Under the pieces are notes generated by a model. That model did no database searches, had not been told where the DNA came from, and saw nothing but the letters and a program-made list of their open reading frames with translations. Below, piece after piece: positions 36,654 through 47,433 of a stretch of DNA of 64,000 nt. This DNA comes from Patescibacteria group bacterium (GTDB taxonomy: Bacteria > Patescibacteriota > Patescibacteriia > SG8-24 > DYFX01), in assembly GCA_041659045.1 (NCBI GenBank), contig JBAZZB010000001.1, positions 6,111-70,110 of the forward strand. The letters run 5' to 3'. Numbering within the stretch: the stretch's first letter is position 1; every line of letters starts with the position of its first letter. The position numbers and the translations under genes were made by a program.

Positions 36654-39600
36654 ATGCCCGCCAAATTCACCCACCTCCATTGTCATAGCCATTATTCCCT
36701 TCTAGAGGCCCTGCCTCAGGTGGATAAGCTGGTTAAGTTTGCCAAGTCGCAGGGAGCGACGGCCGTCGCCCTGACGGACAACGGCAACATGTTCGGGGTG
36801 ATCGAATTCGTGCAGGAGTGCCAGAAGGCGGAGATCAAGCCGATCATCGGGTACGACGCCTTCGTGGCGGTCGACACCATCGACTTGAAGCGCCACCGCA
36901 TCGACGACAAGAATGGACGCCTCGTGCTTCTGGCCGAGACGATGGAGGGCTATAAGAATTTGATGAAGCTCGCGTCGGTCGCGTACCTCGACGGCTTCTA
37001 CTACCGCCCGCGTATCGATCGCAATCTCCTTCGCCAGCATGGGAAGGGGATCATCGCGCTTGCGGGTCCGCGCAGCGACGTCGGCAAGGCGCTCGTCGAT
37101 GGCGATATGGAAAAAGCGCGAGAGAGAGCGGTAGAGTATCGCGATATTCTCGGCGCGGAGAATTTTTTCTTTGAACTCGTCTACCAGCCGGACAGTCCGA
37201 CGCAGAAAGAAACGAACGACGCCTTCATCGCGCTCGGCAAAGAACTGAGTATCGGCGTCGTCGCCTCACGGAACGTCTATTATTTGAAACCGGAACAAGC
37301 CGAAGCGCGGTCGCTTTTGTTGTGCATCAAAGATAACCGCACACTTGAAGATCGCGAGCGTTCCGTTGCGGCCGACAACGATCTTTCGATGTCATCGCCG
37401 GAGGAAATCGAAGAAGCGTTTAAAGACGTTCCCGAGGCGATCGAGAACAACGCGCGCATCGTGGAGCGTTGCAATGTGAAGCTCGAGCTCGGCAAATGGA
37501 ACTTCCCCGTCTTTGAGATTCCGGACGGCCTCACGGCTATCGAGTATTTGAGAAAAATTTCCTTCGAGCGCTTGCCGCTGCTTTTGAAGCGTCCGCTCGA
37601 ACAGCGCGAGATCGATCGACTGAACTACGAAATCGACATTGTCGAGAAGAAAGGTTACGCCACCTACTTCCTCGTCGTCGCCGACTACGGTTCATGGGCG
37701 CGGGCTCAAGGAATCGTGCTGACCACTCGTGGTTCGGCCGCCGGTTCGCTCATGGCCTATGCCATCGGCATCGTCACCGTAAACCCGCTCGACTACAACC
37801 TGCCGTTCGAGCGCTTCTTGAACCCGCAACGTCCGTCCGCGCCGGATATTGATATGGACTTCGCCGACCACCGTCGCGGTGAGGTCTTGGAATACGTGAA
37901 AGGAAAGTACGGCGCCGATCACGTGGCGCAGATCTGTACCTTCGGAACAATGGCCGCCCGCGCTTCGATGCGCGACGTCGGCCGCGCTTTGGGCTACCCG
38001 GTGGCGTTTTGCGATCAAATCGCCAAGACGATTCCGTTCGGCCAACAAGGCTTCGCCATGACGATCGACCGCGCGCTGGCCGAAACGCCCGACTTCAAGC
38101 GCCGCTATGACAACGAACCAGAAGTAAAACGCCTCGTCGATTTGGCCAAGCAGCTCGAAGGCAACGCCAGACATTGTTCAGTGCACGCCGCCGGCGTTGT
38201 TATTTCCGACAAGCCGCTCGTGGAATACACGCCTCTGCAGAGAGAAGCAGGAGGCGATGCCATCATTACGCAATACGAAATGCACGCGGTCGAAGATGCC
38301 GGCGTGCTCAAGATGGACTTCCTGGGTATTCGCAACCTTTCGATTTTGGAATACGCGATCGCGCTCGCCAAGCGCACCAAAGGCGTCGAGGTCGATTTGG
38401 TGCACATGGATTTGAAGGACAAGAAGACCTTCGAAATGCTGGCCGCCGGAAAAACGATGGGTCTGTTTCAGTTGAACGGCGACGGCATGACGAAGTACCT
38501 GATGCAGCTCAAGCCCACGATGATCGAAGACATCATGGCTATGGTCGCGCTGTATCGCCCGGGCCCGATCGATATTATTCCAGAGTTCATCAAGCGCAAG
38601 CAGAACCCGAGGCTCATCACGTACCTCGATCCGCGGATGAAGGAATATTTGGGCATGTCATACGGCATGCTCGTCTATCAGGACGACGTGCTCATGACCG
38701 CCATCAACCTCGCGGGCTACGACTGGCTCGAGGCCGACAAGTTCCGCAAGGCCATGGGCAAGAAGATTCCCGAGGAAATGGCCAAGCAGGAAATCAAGTT
38801 CAAGGATGGTTGTGTCGAGCACGGCATGACCAAGGCCAAAACGGAGGAATTGTGGGAACTCATCAAACCGTTCGCGGCCTACGGTTTCAACAAGGCGCAC
38901 GCCGCCTCGTACGGCATCGTCGCGTACCAGACGGCCTACATGAAGGCCAACTTTCCGGCCGAATACATGACGGCACTCATGACGGCGGAATCCGGCGATC
39001 TCGACACGATCGCGCTGGCGGTTAAAGAATGCGACGCGCTTGGCATCAATGTCTTGCCTCCGGACGTGAACAGTTCCGAAGCCGACTTCACGTACATCGA
39101 CGACCGCACGATTCGTTTCGGTCTCGGCGTCATCAAGGGTCTCGGCATCGATACGGTCAACGCCATTATCGACGAGCGCAAAGACAAGGGATTGTTCAAA
39201 GACCTCGCCGACTTCTCAGGACGCATTCCCGGCAAGGCTTTTAATAAAAAATCTCTTGAAGCTCTGGCAAAGTCGGGCGCGCTCGACGCACTTGGCGAAC
39301 GCAACCAGATCGTCGAGAACTCCGATGTGCTCACGACGTACAACAAGAATCTCCTCAAGGAGCGTGACAACGGCCAGTCGAACCTCTTCGCGTTCGTTGT
39401 GCCGACCGGAACCGAACTCATTCCGACACTCGGTCTTCGGAGCGTGCCGCCCGCTTCGCAGCGTAAGAGATTGGATTGGGAAAAAGAATTGCTCGGCCTG
39501 TACGTCAGCGCGCATCCGTTCGAGGAAACCTCCAAAGAATTCGGTGATCTGCTCATGCCGATTTCCAAAGCGTTCACGCTGCCAGAAAAATCTCCCGTGC

Positions 39601-40172
39601 GCGTTGGTGGAACCGTCACGGCCGTGAAGCAAATCGTCACCAAAAAATCCGGCGAGCCCATGCTCTTCGCGACGATCACTGACCCGAGCGGTACGGTCGA
39701 ATGTTTGGTATTCCCAAGCGTCTTTAAAGAGAATGGCGCCGTCTGGATTGAAGGCGCAAACTTGGCCGTGACCGGACGCGTCTCGCGCAAAGACGACGAG
39801 TTCAAAATTCTCGCCGATCGCGGCTGGACGCTCAACAACGAAACGATCCCGGTCTACAAAGCGCATTTCAACGGAGAGACGGTGAGTTCCGACATGATGC
39901 TTTCGATGCAGCGTCCGCGCCCCAAAGCGGGGAGTGGGGAAGTGCGTATCGTGCTGCCGTCCAAAATGCCACCGTCCGCCGTCACCGCACTCAAAGCTAC
40001 GCTCGCCAAGTATCCGGGAAAAACAATGGTCGCACTCGACGTCCGTGCTGAGGGTGGATATCAGCGCGTCGAAACTTCATTCATGGTCGATCCGTCACCC
40101 GACGCCGTGGCTGCCATCGAAAAGCAGGTTGGCATGGGGAATGTGAAAGTGACTCTGCCCACGGGTGTATAA
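36654..40172 (+). CDS. dnaE: DNA polymerase III alpha subunit
   Basis: PHP domain start (HLHCHSHYSLLEA), Pol IIIalpha palm/fingers, OB domain; 1172 aa. Confidence 0.95.
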   Translation: MPAKFTHLHCHSHYSLLEALPQVDKLVKFAKSQGATAVALTDNGNMFGVIEFVQECQKAEIKPIIGYDAFVAVDTIDLKRHRIDDKNGRLVLLAETMEGYKNLMKLASVAYLDGFYYRPRIDRNLLRQHGKGIIALAGPRSDVGKALVDGDMEKARERAVEYRDILGAENFFFELVYQPDSPTQKETNDAFIALGKELSIGVVASRNVYYLKPEQAEARSLLLCIKDNRTLEDRERSVAADNDLSMSSPEEIEEAFKDVPEAIENNARIVERCNVKLELGKWNFPVFEIPDGLTAIEYLRKISFERLPLLLKRPLEQREIDRLNYEIDIVEKKGYATYFLVVADYGSWARAQGIVLTTRGSAAGSLMAYAIGIVTVNPLDYNLPFERFLNPQRPSAPDIDMDFADHRRGEVLEYVKGKYGADHVAQICTFGTMAARASMRDVGRALGYPVAFCDQIAKTIPFGQQGFAMTIDRALAETPDFKRRYDNEPEVKRLVDLAKQLEGNARHCSVHAAGVVISDKPLVEYTPLQREAGGDAIITQYEMHAVEDAGVLKMDFLGIRNLSILEYAIALAKRTKGVEVDLVHMDLKDKKTFEMLAAGKTMGLFQLNGDGMTKYLMQLKPTMIEDIMAMVALYRPGPIDIIPEFIKRKQNPRLITYLDPRMKEYLGMSYGMLVYQDDVLMTAINLAGYDWLEADKFRKAMGKKIPEEMAKQEIKFKDGCVEHGMTKAKTEELWELIKPFAAYGFNKAHAASYGIVAYQTAYMKANFPAEYMTALMTAESGDLDTIALAVKECDALGINVLPPDVNSSEADFTYIDDRTIRFGLGVIKGLGIDTVNAIIDERKDKGLFKDLADFSGRIPGKAFNKKSLEALAKSGALDALGERNQIVENSDVLTTYNKNLLKERDNGQSNLFAFVVPTGTELIPTLGLRSVPPASQRKRLDWEKELLGLYVSAHPFEETSKEFGDLLMPISKAFTLPEKSPVRVGGTVTAVKQIVTKKSGEPMLFATITDPSGTVECLVFPSVFKENGAVWIEGANLAVTGRVSRKDDEFKILADRGWTLNNETIPVYKAHFNGETVSSDMMLSMQRPRPKAGSGEVRIVLPSKMPPSAVTALKATLAKYPGKTMVALDVRAEGGYQRVETSFMVDPSPDAVAAIEKQVGMGNVKVTLPTGV

Positions 40173-40182
40173 TGGAACGACT

Positions 40183-41259
40183 ATGACTGTCGACCCCAGA
40201 GAGGAAGCGGTGCGGCGTGCCTATGAAGCGGCCCGCTTTGACGAACGCACCCCCGACGAGCGAGGTTTCGCGGAAACGTTCGAAAAAGAAATCAAGCCGA
40301 AACTTATCGCGGGTGTCGGGTTTAACAGAAGCGTCAAAGAGGCGCGCTTGCGTCGACGTAAAATCGCCTTCGCGCTCGCAGTGTCTTACGTCGTGGTTTC
40401 TCTTTTTGTTCTTGCGATACTTGATCTTCCAGACAGTGGTGTTGGTCTCCAATTGTTTCTTTTCGGTAGCTTCTTCGTCGGTTCCGCTTTGTGGAACTAT
40501 GCGTTCATGAAACGCGCTGGCGAAGAAGATCCCAACAACGCAGCGGTGATCGATGCGGTTCTCGCTCGCTTCGGTTGCCGGATGGGCTCAGGGTTTGCAA
40601 AGTATGTTGCGCTGCCGTTTGCCGCGCCGATCACGCCGTCGTACAGCGACTTCTCATTCGTCAACGAGCATCTGACGGGCACGTTTGATGAACGCATTCC
40701 ATTCGTCGCCTTGCGGTTAACGATGAAAGCAAAGTCGGGAAAGAGCAAAATAACCACGTTCAAGGGGTGGTATCTCAATATTGAACTGCCCTTCTCGTTT
40801 TCGGGCACCACGATTATTCACGAACGACTCTCCGTTTATCACCGCATTCCGGGTGGTCGGAACCTCGGCGTCGTTTCTTTAGAAAGCCTCGAGTACGAAA
40901 AACGTTTCACGGTAAAATCAAGTAATCAAACCGAGGCGCGCGTGATTCTGACTCCGGATGTCATGCATCACCTGGCACTCGAGGCCGATCGTTTTGCATC
41001 TGAAGGAAAGGGCTGGAACCCCTCCGGCAACTTGATGCTTGGTTTCTCGGAGAATCGCGCTCACATATGGATGCCCTCCCGCGAGACCGCACTTTCTGTC
41101 TGGAATCCGCTCGACCCCACCGCGATGATCGAAGGTCTGCATGGTGCGTTTGAAGAACTTGCGGAAATGCGCGCCTTTCTTCGTGATATCGACGTCATTG
41201 CCGAATCCGAAGGTTTCCGCGCCTTGGCCGCCAAAAACGGGAGAAGCGAAGCGTCTTGA
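40183..41259 (+). CDS. hypothetical membrane protein (2 TM + C-terminal domain)
   Basis: ATG 10 nt after dnaE stop; two adjacent TM helices then about 230-aa domain. Confidence 0.5.
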   Translation: MTVDPREEAVRRAYEAARFDERTPDERGFAETFEKEIKPKLIAGVGFNRSVKEARLRRRKIAFALAVSYVVVSLFVLAILDLPDSGVGLQLFLFGSFFVGSALWNYAFMKRAGEEDPNNAAVIDAVLARFGCRMGSGFAKYVALPFAAPITPSYSDFSFVNEHLTGTFDERIPFVALRLTMKAKSGKSKITTFKGWYLNIELPFSFSGTTIIHERLSVYHRIPGGRNLGVVSLESLEYEKRFTVKSSNQTEARVILTPDVMHHLALEADRFASEGKGWNPSGNLMLGFSENRAHIWMPSRETALSVWNPLDPTAMIEGLHGAFEELAEMRAFLRDIDVIAESEGFRALAAKNGRSEAS

Positions 41260-41585
41260 CACCGACCATCTTTTCCGCTAAGGTCGTCTGTCCTGAACGG
41301 GAGATTCCCCATCAGGGGGCTCCTTCTCGAAACCCTAACCCACGCACGGAGCGCACGGTATGAGCGACCCCGGAAACCAACGGCCTCTGTATCGGCCGTC
41401 CCAACCGACCCCAGAGCAGGAAGAGCAGATGGCTTCCTTGCTCGAGCGTCTTGGTACCTCTTCTGGTGTGCCGTCCGCTTCCGAAATTCCGGCCGACCCT
41501 TCGTCGCCCACTGCGACCTAGCGTTGTTCCGAAGCGTGTTCCGTGATATATTTGTGAGCGAAAGCTCACTTTTTTGTATTTCCGT

Positions 41586-42827
41586 ATGCAGGAAGACGAA
41601 CGCTCCAGAGAACGCGCGGAACGCCTGAATCAGGTGTTTGAATCCCTGCTCAAAGGGCGCCAAGCGGAGCGAGCTGAGCAGCAAGAAGGGGGAGAGTCCT
41701 GGCTCGAGGACCGTATCGGTAATTTGCCGGAGCGGGCGCAAACCCAGATCCGTTCCTTTGAACGCAAGCTCACCGAATCCGGCGTGGCAAATCCTGCCAA
41801 ACGCGCTGAGTTGGTCGAGGAAAAGATCGTCGCCTTCGAGCAGACGTACCAAGACCGCCGCTTCACCGTGAAAGACGGCGAGCACATGCTCAACAAAGCT
41901 TTTGCTAAAGAGCAGGCTGTTTCCTATTTGAAAGAAATTTTGGGCGATTCGCCGACCCCGCAGGATTTAAAGAAAGTCGCGCTTCTGAACGCCGACGCCA
42001 ACGGCCTCAAAGCCGTGAACGATCTTTCCGGCTCCCACGAGAAGGGGACGGAGTATCTGAAACGCGTCGCTGAAGTTTTTGCGGATGATGCGAGCCCGGA
42101 AGCCAAACGTTTGAAGGAACTTGGTATCGATGTCGTTCTGCCTGTCACGGCGGGCGGTGACGAGTACAGCACACTGCTTCGTTCCGACAAGGTCATCACG
42201 CCAGAAGTCATGGAGGAAGCCATTCGTTTGTACGATCAAGCAATTCAGCGCGTCGATGTTTCAGACCTGGTTGATTTTACGGAGGAGAGCACGCTCTTGC
42301 GCTACCTCGGCGTATCCGAGCAGCAATTCGGCTTGATGAAAGAGGAACAGCGCCAAAAACTTCTTGATGACGGCCGCAAGGAAGTTCCGAAGGGTTTTAA
42401 GATGCGTGCCAGCGCTTCGCTTGGAGGCTCAACGCTCTACGAAGGATTGCTCATGGCCATGGAGCATCAATCCAAGCCGCTGACCGGCGAAGACGATTTC
42501 AATCGCGCGGTCGACAAGATCGTCGGCGGCATGTGGGACGCCTCCGACAAGGCGGCGATGGAGAACAAGACAACCTTCAAAGAAGGGTTGCGCGCCGAAG
42601 GGAGTCCGGAAGGAGACCGCTTCTTTTCAAAGGTGCTGGCACGCACCAGCGAAGCACGCGTGCTCGAAGCGAAACTCGATGCCATGACGATGGAGCTTAA
42701 GAAGAGTGAAACGATGGAGTCCGAGCTGGCGAAGCTCGATGAACTCATGGATCAGGGCGTGATGGATGAAGCCGCGTACGGTCGAAACATGCGCGAGATT
42801 CGCAAGAAGTACCGGACGAACGCTTAA
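41586..42827 (+). CDS. GGDEF-domain protein (motif GGDEY) with charged N- and C-terminal extensions
   Basis: ALLNADANGLKAVNDLSGSHEKGTEYLKRVAEVF...VTAGGDEYSTLL matches GGDEF-domain core (D-x-D...FK-x-ND-x-GH...GD...GGDEF). Confidence 0.55.
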   Translation: MQEDERSRERAERLNQVFESLLKGRQAERAEQQEGGESWLEDRIGNLPERAQTQIRSFERKLTESGVANPAKRAELVEEKIVAFEQTYQDRRFTVKDGEHMLNKAFAKEQAVSYLKEILGDSPTPQDLKKVALLNADANGLKAVNDLSGSHEKGTEYLKRVAEVFADDASPEAKRLKELGIDVVLPVTAGGDEYSTLLRSDKVITPEVMEEAIRLYDQAIQRVDVSDLVDFTEESTLLRYLGVSEQQFGLMKEEQRQKLLDDGRKEVPKGFKMRASASLGGSTLYEGLLMAMEHQSKPLTGEDDFNRAVDKIVGGMWDASDKAAMENKTTFKEGLRAEGSPEGDRFFSKVLARTSEARVLEAKLDAMTMELKKSETMESELAKLDELMDQGVMDEAAYGRNMREIRKKYRTNA

Positions 42828-42847
42828 CGTGATATACTCAAAACGAT

Positions 42848-44371
42848 ATGCCGCCTAGGAGGAAAAAAGCGGCTGAGGAGGAAACGCCGATGACGCCGGA
42901 GAGCGACGCATCGAACGTTTCTTCCGAGGCAAAACCCAAGAAGAAGAGTATTACGCGGGCCAAAAAGCCGGCGGTCTTGAAGATTTCGGAACCAGAAGAG
43001 AAGCCGACCCCGCTTGAGCGCATTCCGGCCATTATTCCGATCAAAACGCCTCTTACTCCGGCGCCGCGCATTTCGATCGAGCCAGATGTCATGATGGGCC
43101 AGGAAGAGCAGCCTTGGACCCCGACGCTGCGCAATGATCCCGACCTTTCCATGCCGCCGAAGCCGCTCATGCAGAACAAGAAATTCACGACCCAAGATGT
43201 CGAAGACATCATGAAAGCGGACGACGACGAAGACCCCGAATACCGCAACACCTTCCAGCTCCCGGTCAGAACCGGTGTGTTCCGGAAGATCGCTCTGGGT
43301 TTCACGGTGCTGGCACTGCTTGTCGGTGCGGGAGTCGCCTATGTGGTCTACGCGCACGCGACGGTCGCCGTGTATCCGCAGAAGGCTGAAGTAAAAACCG
43401 AACGCGTTTTGTCGGTCGTGGTGAATCCACAGAACAGTGATGAGATTAACGGTGAAGTCACCGAAGTGACCGTGGCAGGGGAGAAGACAGGTGTTCCTGA
43501 AACTTCTACCAAAACCGACGGCATCGCGACCGGGAGCGTAACCCTTATCAACGAAACATCGAGCGATCAAACGCTTGTGGCGACGACGCGCTTGCTGACG
43601 GAAGACGGTGTGTTGTTCCGTCTGAAGGCTCGGGTGAATGTTCCGGCCAACGGCCGCGTCAAAACCGAAGCGTACGCCGACAAGGCCGGAGAAAGCGGCA
43701 ACATCACTCCGACGCGCTTCACGATCCCTGGTCTGACGACCGAGCTCCAGAAATCAATTTACGCCGAATCCGAAGCGGTCATGACCGGAGGTATCGTCAC
43801 CGTTGGTACGGTGACAACCGCCGACATTGAAAAAACAGAATCCGATCTCCGACAGGAACTGATCGCACAGGCGCGCCAGGAACTCGTCAAAGCGGTCGAG
43901 AGTCCGTGGACCGGTCATGCGGTTATCGCCGAGACGATGGCGCGCGCCGTCAGCGCGGGTCCGGGTGAAACAGCAAACGGCGTTACGGTACGTCTCACGC
44001 TCCGCGTCCGCTCGGTAGACTTCGATCGCGTCAAAGCGGTCGGCGCCGCCGCCGAAGACTTGAAACGCAGCCTGACCTCTGACCGCGAACTGATCGGTGT
44101 GAAGGTTGAGGACTCTTCCTTCACGATCGATAGGGCTGACGCAAAGAGCGGCACGGCATCGCTGCGCGTTGCTCTCACGGGACAATCTCGCGTTTCTCTG
44201 GGCAGCCCGCTCTTCGATGCGAGCAAGCTCCGAGGCCTCGGTATTGAAGACGTGCGGAAATACTTCGAGGGGATTGAGGGCGTTGAGCGCGTGGACGTGA
44301 AATTCCGCCCCTTCTGGCTCAAGCGGATGCCGCTCCTTCCGGACAGAATCGAGTTCCAAGTAGAGAAATAA
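42848..44371 (+). CDS. hypothetical membrane protein with disordered Lys/Pro-rich N-terminus and large extracytoplasmic domain
   Basis: single TM (FRKIALGFTVLALLVGAGVAYVVYAHA) then about 330-aa Thr/Val-rich beta-rich domain; followed by terminator. Confidence 0.55.
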   Translation: MPPRRKKAAEEETPMTPESDASNVSSEAKPKKKSITRAKKPAVLKISEPEEKPTPLERIPAIIPIKTPLTPAPRISIEPDVMMGQEEQPWTPTLRNDPDLSMPPKPLMQNKKFTTQDVEDIMKADDDEDPEYRNTFQLPVRTGVFRKIALGFTVLALLVGAGVAYVVYAHATVAVYPQKAEVKTERVLSVVVNPQNSDEINGEVTEVTVAGEKTGVPETSTKTDGIATGSVTLINETSSDQTLVATTRLLTEDGVLFRLKARVNVPANGRVKTEAYADKAGESGNITPTRFTIPGLTTELQKSIYAESEAVMTGGIVTVGTVTTADIEKTESDLRQELIAQARQELVKAVESPWTGHAVIAETMARAVSAGPGETANGVTVRLTLRVRSVDFDRVKAVGAAAEDLKRSLTSDRELIGVKVEDSSFTIDRADAKSGTASLRVALTGQSRVSLGSPLFDASKLRGLGIEDVRKYFEGIEGVERVDVKFRPFWLKRMPLLPDRIEFQVEK

Positions 44372-44374
44372 GCT

Positions 44375-44407
44375 TAAAGCCCCTCGAAAGAGGGGCTTTT
44401 CGATTTC
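44375..44407 (+). terminator. intrinsic terminator
   Basis: aaagcccctcgaaagaggggctttt. Confidence 0.75.
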
Positions 44408-44457
44408 CAGCCCGCTATGTTAAGGTAAAGCCTGTACTACAACCTGAAACCCTCGAT

Positions 44458-46290
44458 ATGGCCGCCAAAAAACCCGCTGATTTCGACGAACTTGACCGGA
44501 TGCGCCACTCGGCCGCCCATCTTTTGGCCGCGGCAATTATGAAGATGTTCCCTGATGCCAAGCTTGGTGTAGGGCCCGTCATTGAGAACGGTTTCTATTA
44601 CGACATGCTGCTCCCGCGCGCCCTCGCTCCCGAGGATTTTATCGCGCTCGAGAAAACGATCGAAGGGCTCAAAAAAGAGAATGCCGAGTTCCGCCGCGAA
44701 GAAATGCCGATCGATCAGGCAATTGAGTTTTTCCGCTCTCGCAACCAGGACTTTAAGGTCGAACTTCTCAGCGACCTCAAAGCGCACGGCACGACGAATT
44801 TGAAAGACGAAGACGCACAGGATCTCGATGGCTCCGGCACGGCCTCCTTGTATTGGACGGGGGATTTCGTCGACCTCTGCCGTGGTCCGCACGTCGCGCG
44901 TTCGAGCGAAGTCGGAGCCGTCAAAGTAAAATCGGTCGCCGGCGCGTACTGGCGCGGCAAAGCGGAGAACGCGCAGATGCAGCGCGTCTACGGCTGGGCC
45001 TTCCGCACGCAAGAAGAACTCGACGCGCATCTCAAAATGCTCGAAGAGGCCGAGAAGCGCGATCATCGCAAGCTCGGTAAGGACATGGGCTTGTTCGTTT
45101 TTTCCGAACTGGTCGGCCCGGGTCTGCCACTTTGGACGCCGCGCGGCACCATGCTTCGCGAAACGCTCAACGAGTATGTTTGGGAACTGCGCCGTGCGCA
45201 CGGCTATCAGCGCGTGACGATTCCGCACATCACCAAGAAAGATCTCTACGAAACCTCCGGTCACTGGGCGAAATACGGCGATGATCTTTTCAAGATCAAG
45301 ACGCGCGAAGACCATCTCTTTGCGATGAAGCCGATGAACTGCCCGCACCACACGCAAATTTTTGCCAGCGAACCGCGCAGCTATCGCCAGATGCCGGTGC
45401 GTTATTGCGAAACGACGATGGTCTATCGCGACGAACAGTCTGGCGAACTCTCCGGCTTGTCCCGCGTGCTTTCCATTACCCAAGACGACGCGCATGTCTT
45501 CTGCCGCCTGAACCAGGTGCGCGAGGAGGCTGAAAAAGTCTGGAATATCATCGAGACGTTCTACAAGACGTTCGGTTTCGAACTGAGCTTGCGTCTTTCG
45601 CGCCGCGATCCCGCGCACCCGGAGAAGTATCTGGGCGCGCCGGAAGACTGGGATGCCGCCGAGACTTCGCTCCGCGAGATTCTCGAGGCGCACAAAGTGG
45701 AATGGGTCGACGGTATCGGTGAAGCCGCCTTCTACGGCCCGAAGATCGACTTCATGGCCAAGGACTCCATCGGTCGTGTTTGGCAGGTTGCCACGATTCA
45801 GCTCGACTTCAACCAGCCGCGAAGCTTCGGCTTGACCTGTACCAACGAAAAGGGCGAAAAGGAACAGATCTTGATGATCCACTGCGCTATCATGGGCTCG
45901 ATCGAGCGCTTCATGAGCGTCATCATCGAACACTTTGCCGGCTCTTTCCCGCTCTGGCTGGCGCCTGAACAGCTGGCACTTTTGCCGGTCGGCGAGAAAC
46001 ATCGTGAAGCGTGCCGCGCCTTGGAATCCAAACTGCGCGCCCTCGGCGCCCGCCCGTGGCTCGACGAATCCGACGAGTCGGTCGGCAAGAAGGTGCGTGG
46101 CGCGGAGAAAATGAAAATCCCGTACAGTCTCGTGCTCGGCGACAAAGAGATTCCCGCAGATGGCGTGTGGAACGATGACGTAAAGCTCGCGGTTCGCGTC
46201 CGTGGCACCAAGGATGCGGTTGAAATGACGCTTGGTGAGCTCTCGTCACGCCTCAAGGATGAGATTGAGATGAGAAAGCTGGCTCCGTAG
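44458..46290 (+). CDS. thrS: threonine--tRNA ligase
   Basis: class II motifs, HSAAHLL zinc site, anticodon-binding C-term. Confidence 0.95.
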   Translation: MAAKKPADFDELDRMRHSAAHLLAAAIMKMFPDAKLGVGPVIENGFYYDMLLPRALAPEDFIALEKTIEGLKKENAEFRREEMPIDQAIEFFRSRNQDFKVELLSDLKAHGTTNLKDEDAQDLDGSGTASLYWTGDFVDLCRGPHVARSSEVGAVKVKSVAGAYWRGKAENAQMQRVYGWAFRTQEELDAHLKMLEEAEKRDHRKLGKDMGLFVFSELVGPGLPLWTPRGTMLRETLNEYVWELRRAHGYQRVTIPHITKKDLYETSGHWAKYGDDLFKIKTREDHLFAMKPMNCPHHTQIFASEPRSYRQMPVRYCETTMVYRDEQSGELSGLSRVLSITQDDAHVFCRLNQVREEAEKVWNIIETFYKTFGFELSLRLSRRDPAHPEKYLGAPEDWDAAETSLREILEAHKVEWVDGIGEAAFYGPKIDFMAKDSIGRVWQVATIQLDFNQPRSFGLTCTNEKGEKEQILMIHCAIMGSIERFMSVIIEHFAGSFPLWLAPEQLALLPVGEKHREACRALESKLRALGARPWLDESDESVGKKVRGAEKMKIPYSLVLGDKEIPADGVWNDDVKLAVRVRGTKDAVEMTLGELSSRLKDEIEMRKLAP

Positions 46291-46384
46291 ACTCACCCCC
46301 TAGCCCCCTCTCTTTCAGAGAGGGGGAATCAGATCCGAATCCCTCCCCTGAAAGGGGAGGTGCCCGCAGGGCGGAGGGGTCTTA

Positions 46385-46417
46385 AAAACTCCCATGACGC
46401 GCGTCATGGGAGTTTTT
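46385..46417. terminator. bidirectional intrinsic terminator (last of three hairpins after thrS)
   Basis: aaaactcccatgacgcgcgtcatgggagttttt; preceded by two further GC hairpins 46297-46360. Confidence 0.75.
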
Positions 46418-46425
46418 GTTCTCGA

Positions 46426-47364
46426 TCATCGTCCAAACAGTCTGGCAAAGAAGCCAGGTTTTTTCGAGGTGCCGCTCCCTGGTTTCATGGCAGGCTTCGG
46501 TAGTGGCATACCTTCGCGAACTTCGACTTCTTCGTAATCCGGAGCGACTTTGCGAGCTGTATCGCGTGCGCCGGCGCGTTCGCTGCTGACACTCGCAAGC
46601 TGCTGCTCGTAGTCGGCAAGATTCTTTTGTGTCTCTTTGAGCTCGGCGCGGAGCTTACGCGCTTGCCACCAGCCGGCGGTTTCCAGCTCGCGGTCGAGGC
46701 GCGCTCTCTCCATCAGCTGAAAGCGGTAATCCTTAGCGTTAAAGACCTCGGGATTGAGCTCGCCGTTGGCAAGCATGATTTCAGCGTGTTTCGTGGCCGC
46801 CTCAAGTTCTTCGTCCGTATCGATGATCGTGTCCGTTTTCTTTGTGTCGTAGGATTCGGCGATCGAGCGGCGAACATCAGCTTCCTTGCGGGCGTCCTCG
46901 GTTCTCTGCTTTTCGGCAAGAGATTTCACGTACGATTCGTCCTCGCCTTGTTTGAACCAGGCTTCTTCTTTCTGGCTCGACTCCGGAGCCTCAGGCGTTG
47001 TCTCGACGCTAGCCGCGACAACCTTCGCAAGCTCTTCTTTGGTGAACGACTGTCGTTTTGCGCGCTTCACGCTCGGTTTCTTCTCTGCAACAACATCTTC
47101 CGTAATCGAAATTTCTTCGTACGGCTCGTTATCATTTGCAGGTACGCTCGGTTCTTTTCCTGCGTCTACGTCTTCGACCAAGTGTTCAGTGAGATCCTCG
47201 ATCTCTTCAACCTTCGGTGCCGTCGCTTTCTTGCGTGAGCGAGGTTTTTTTGCGGCAGCAACGGGTTTGTCCAAGTCGCTGACGTCGAAGCGATCGGTAA
47301 TATCATCATCTTTCGCTTCGGGGACGGCTTCAGGAGTCGGATTTTTGCGATATTCGCGAGCCAT
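46426..47364 (-). CDS. hypothetical acidic protein, IEDLT-motif family member 1
   Basis: start taken at MAREYRK; EEIEDLTEHLVED motif; C-terminal basic tail KKPGFFARLFGR. Confidence 0.5.
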   Translation of the reverse strand: MAREYRKNPTPEAVPEAKDDDITDRFDVSDLDKPVAAAKKPRSRKKATAPKVEEIEDLTEHLVEDVDAGKEPSVPANDNEPYEEISITEDVVAEKKPSVKRAKRQSFTKEELAKVVAASVETTPEAPESSQKEEAWFKQGEDESYVKSLAEKQRTEDARKEADVRRSIAESYDTKKTDTIIDTDEELEAATKHAEIMLANGELNPEVFNAKDYRFQLMERARLDRELETAGWWQARKLRAELKETQKNLADYEQQLASVSSERAGARDTARKVAPDYEEVEVREGMPLPKPAMKPGSGTSKKPGFFARLFGR

Positions 47365-47433
47365 AGGCGCTGCTATGTGGATGAAATCACTGTAAGTATA
47401 ACACAAAACCGCCCGAAGGCGGTTGTCGTGTGC

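Noticed and set aside
41360-41521. 53-aa plus-strand sORF (MSDPGNQRPLYRPSQPTPEQEEQMASLLERLGTSSGVPSASEIPADPSSPTAT) in the 315-nt gap upstream of the GGDEF gene
   Set aside because: Weak RBS, Pro/Ser-rich low-complexity product, no terminator or promoter signal; insufficient support to call.
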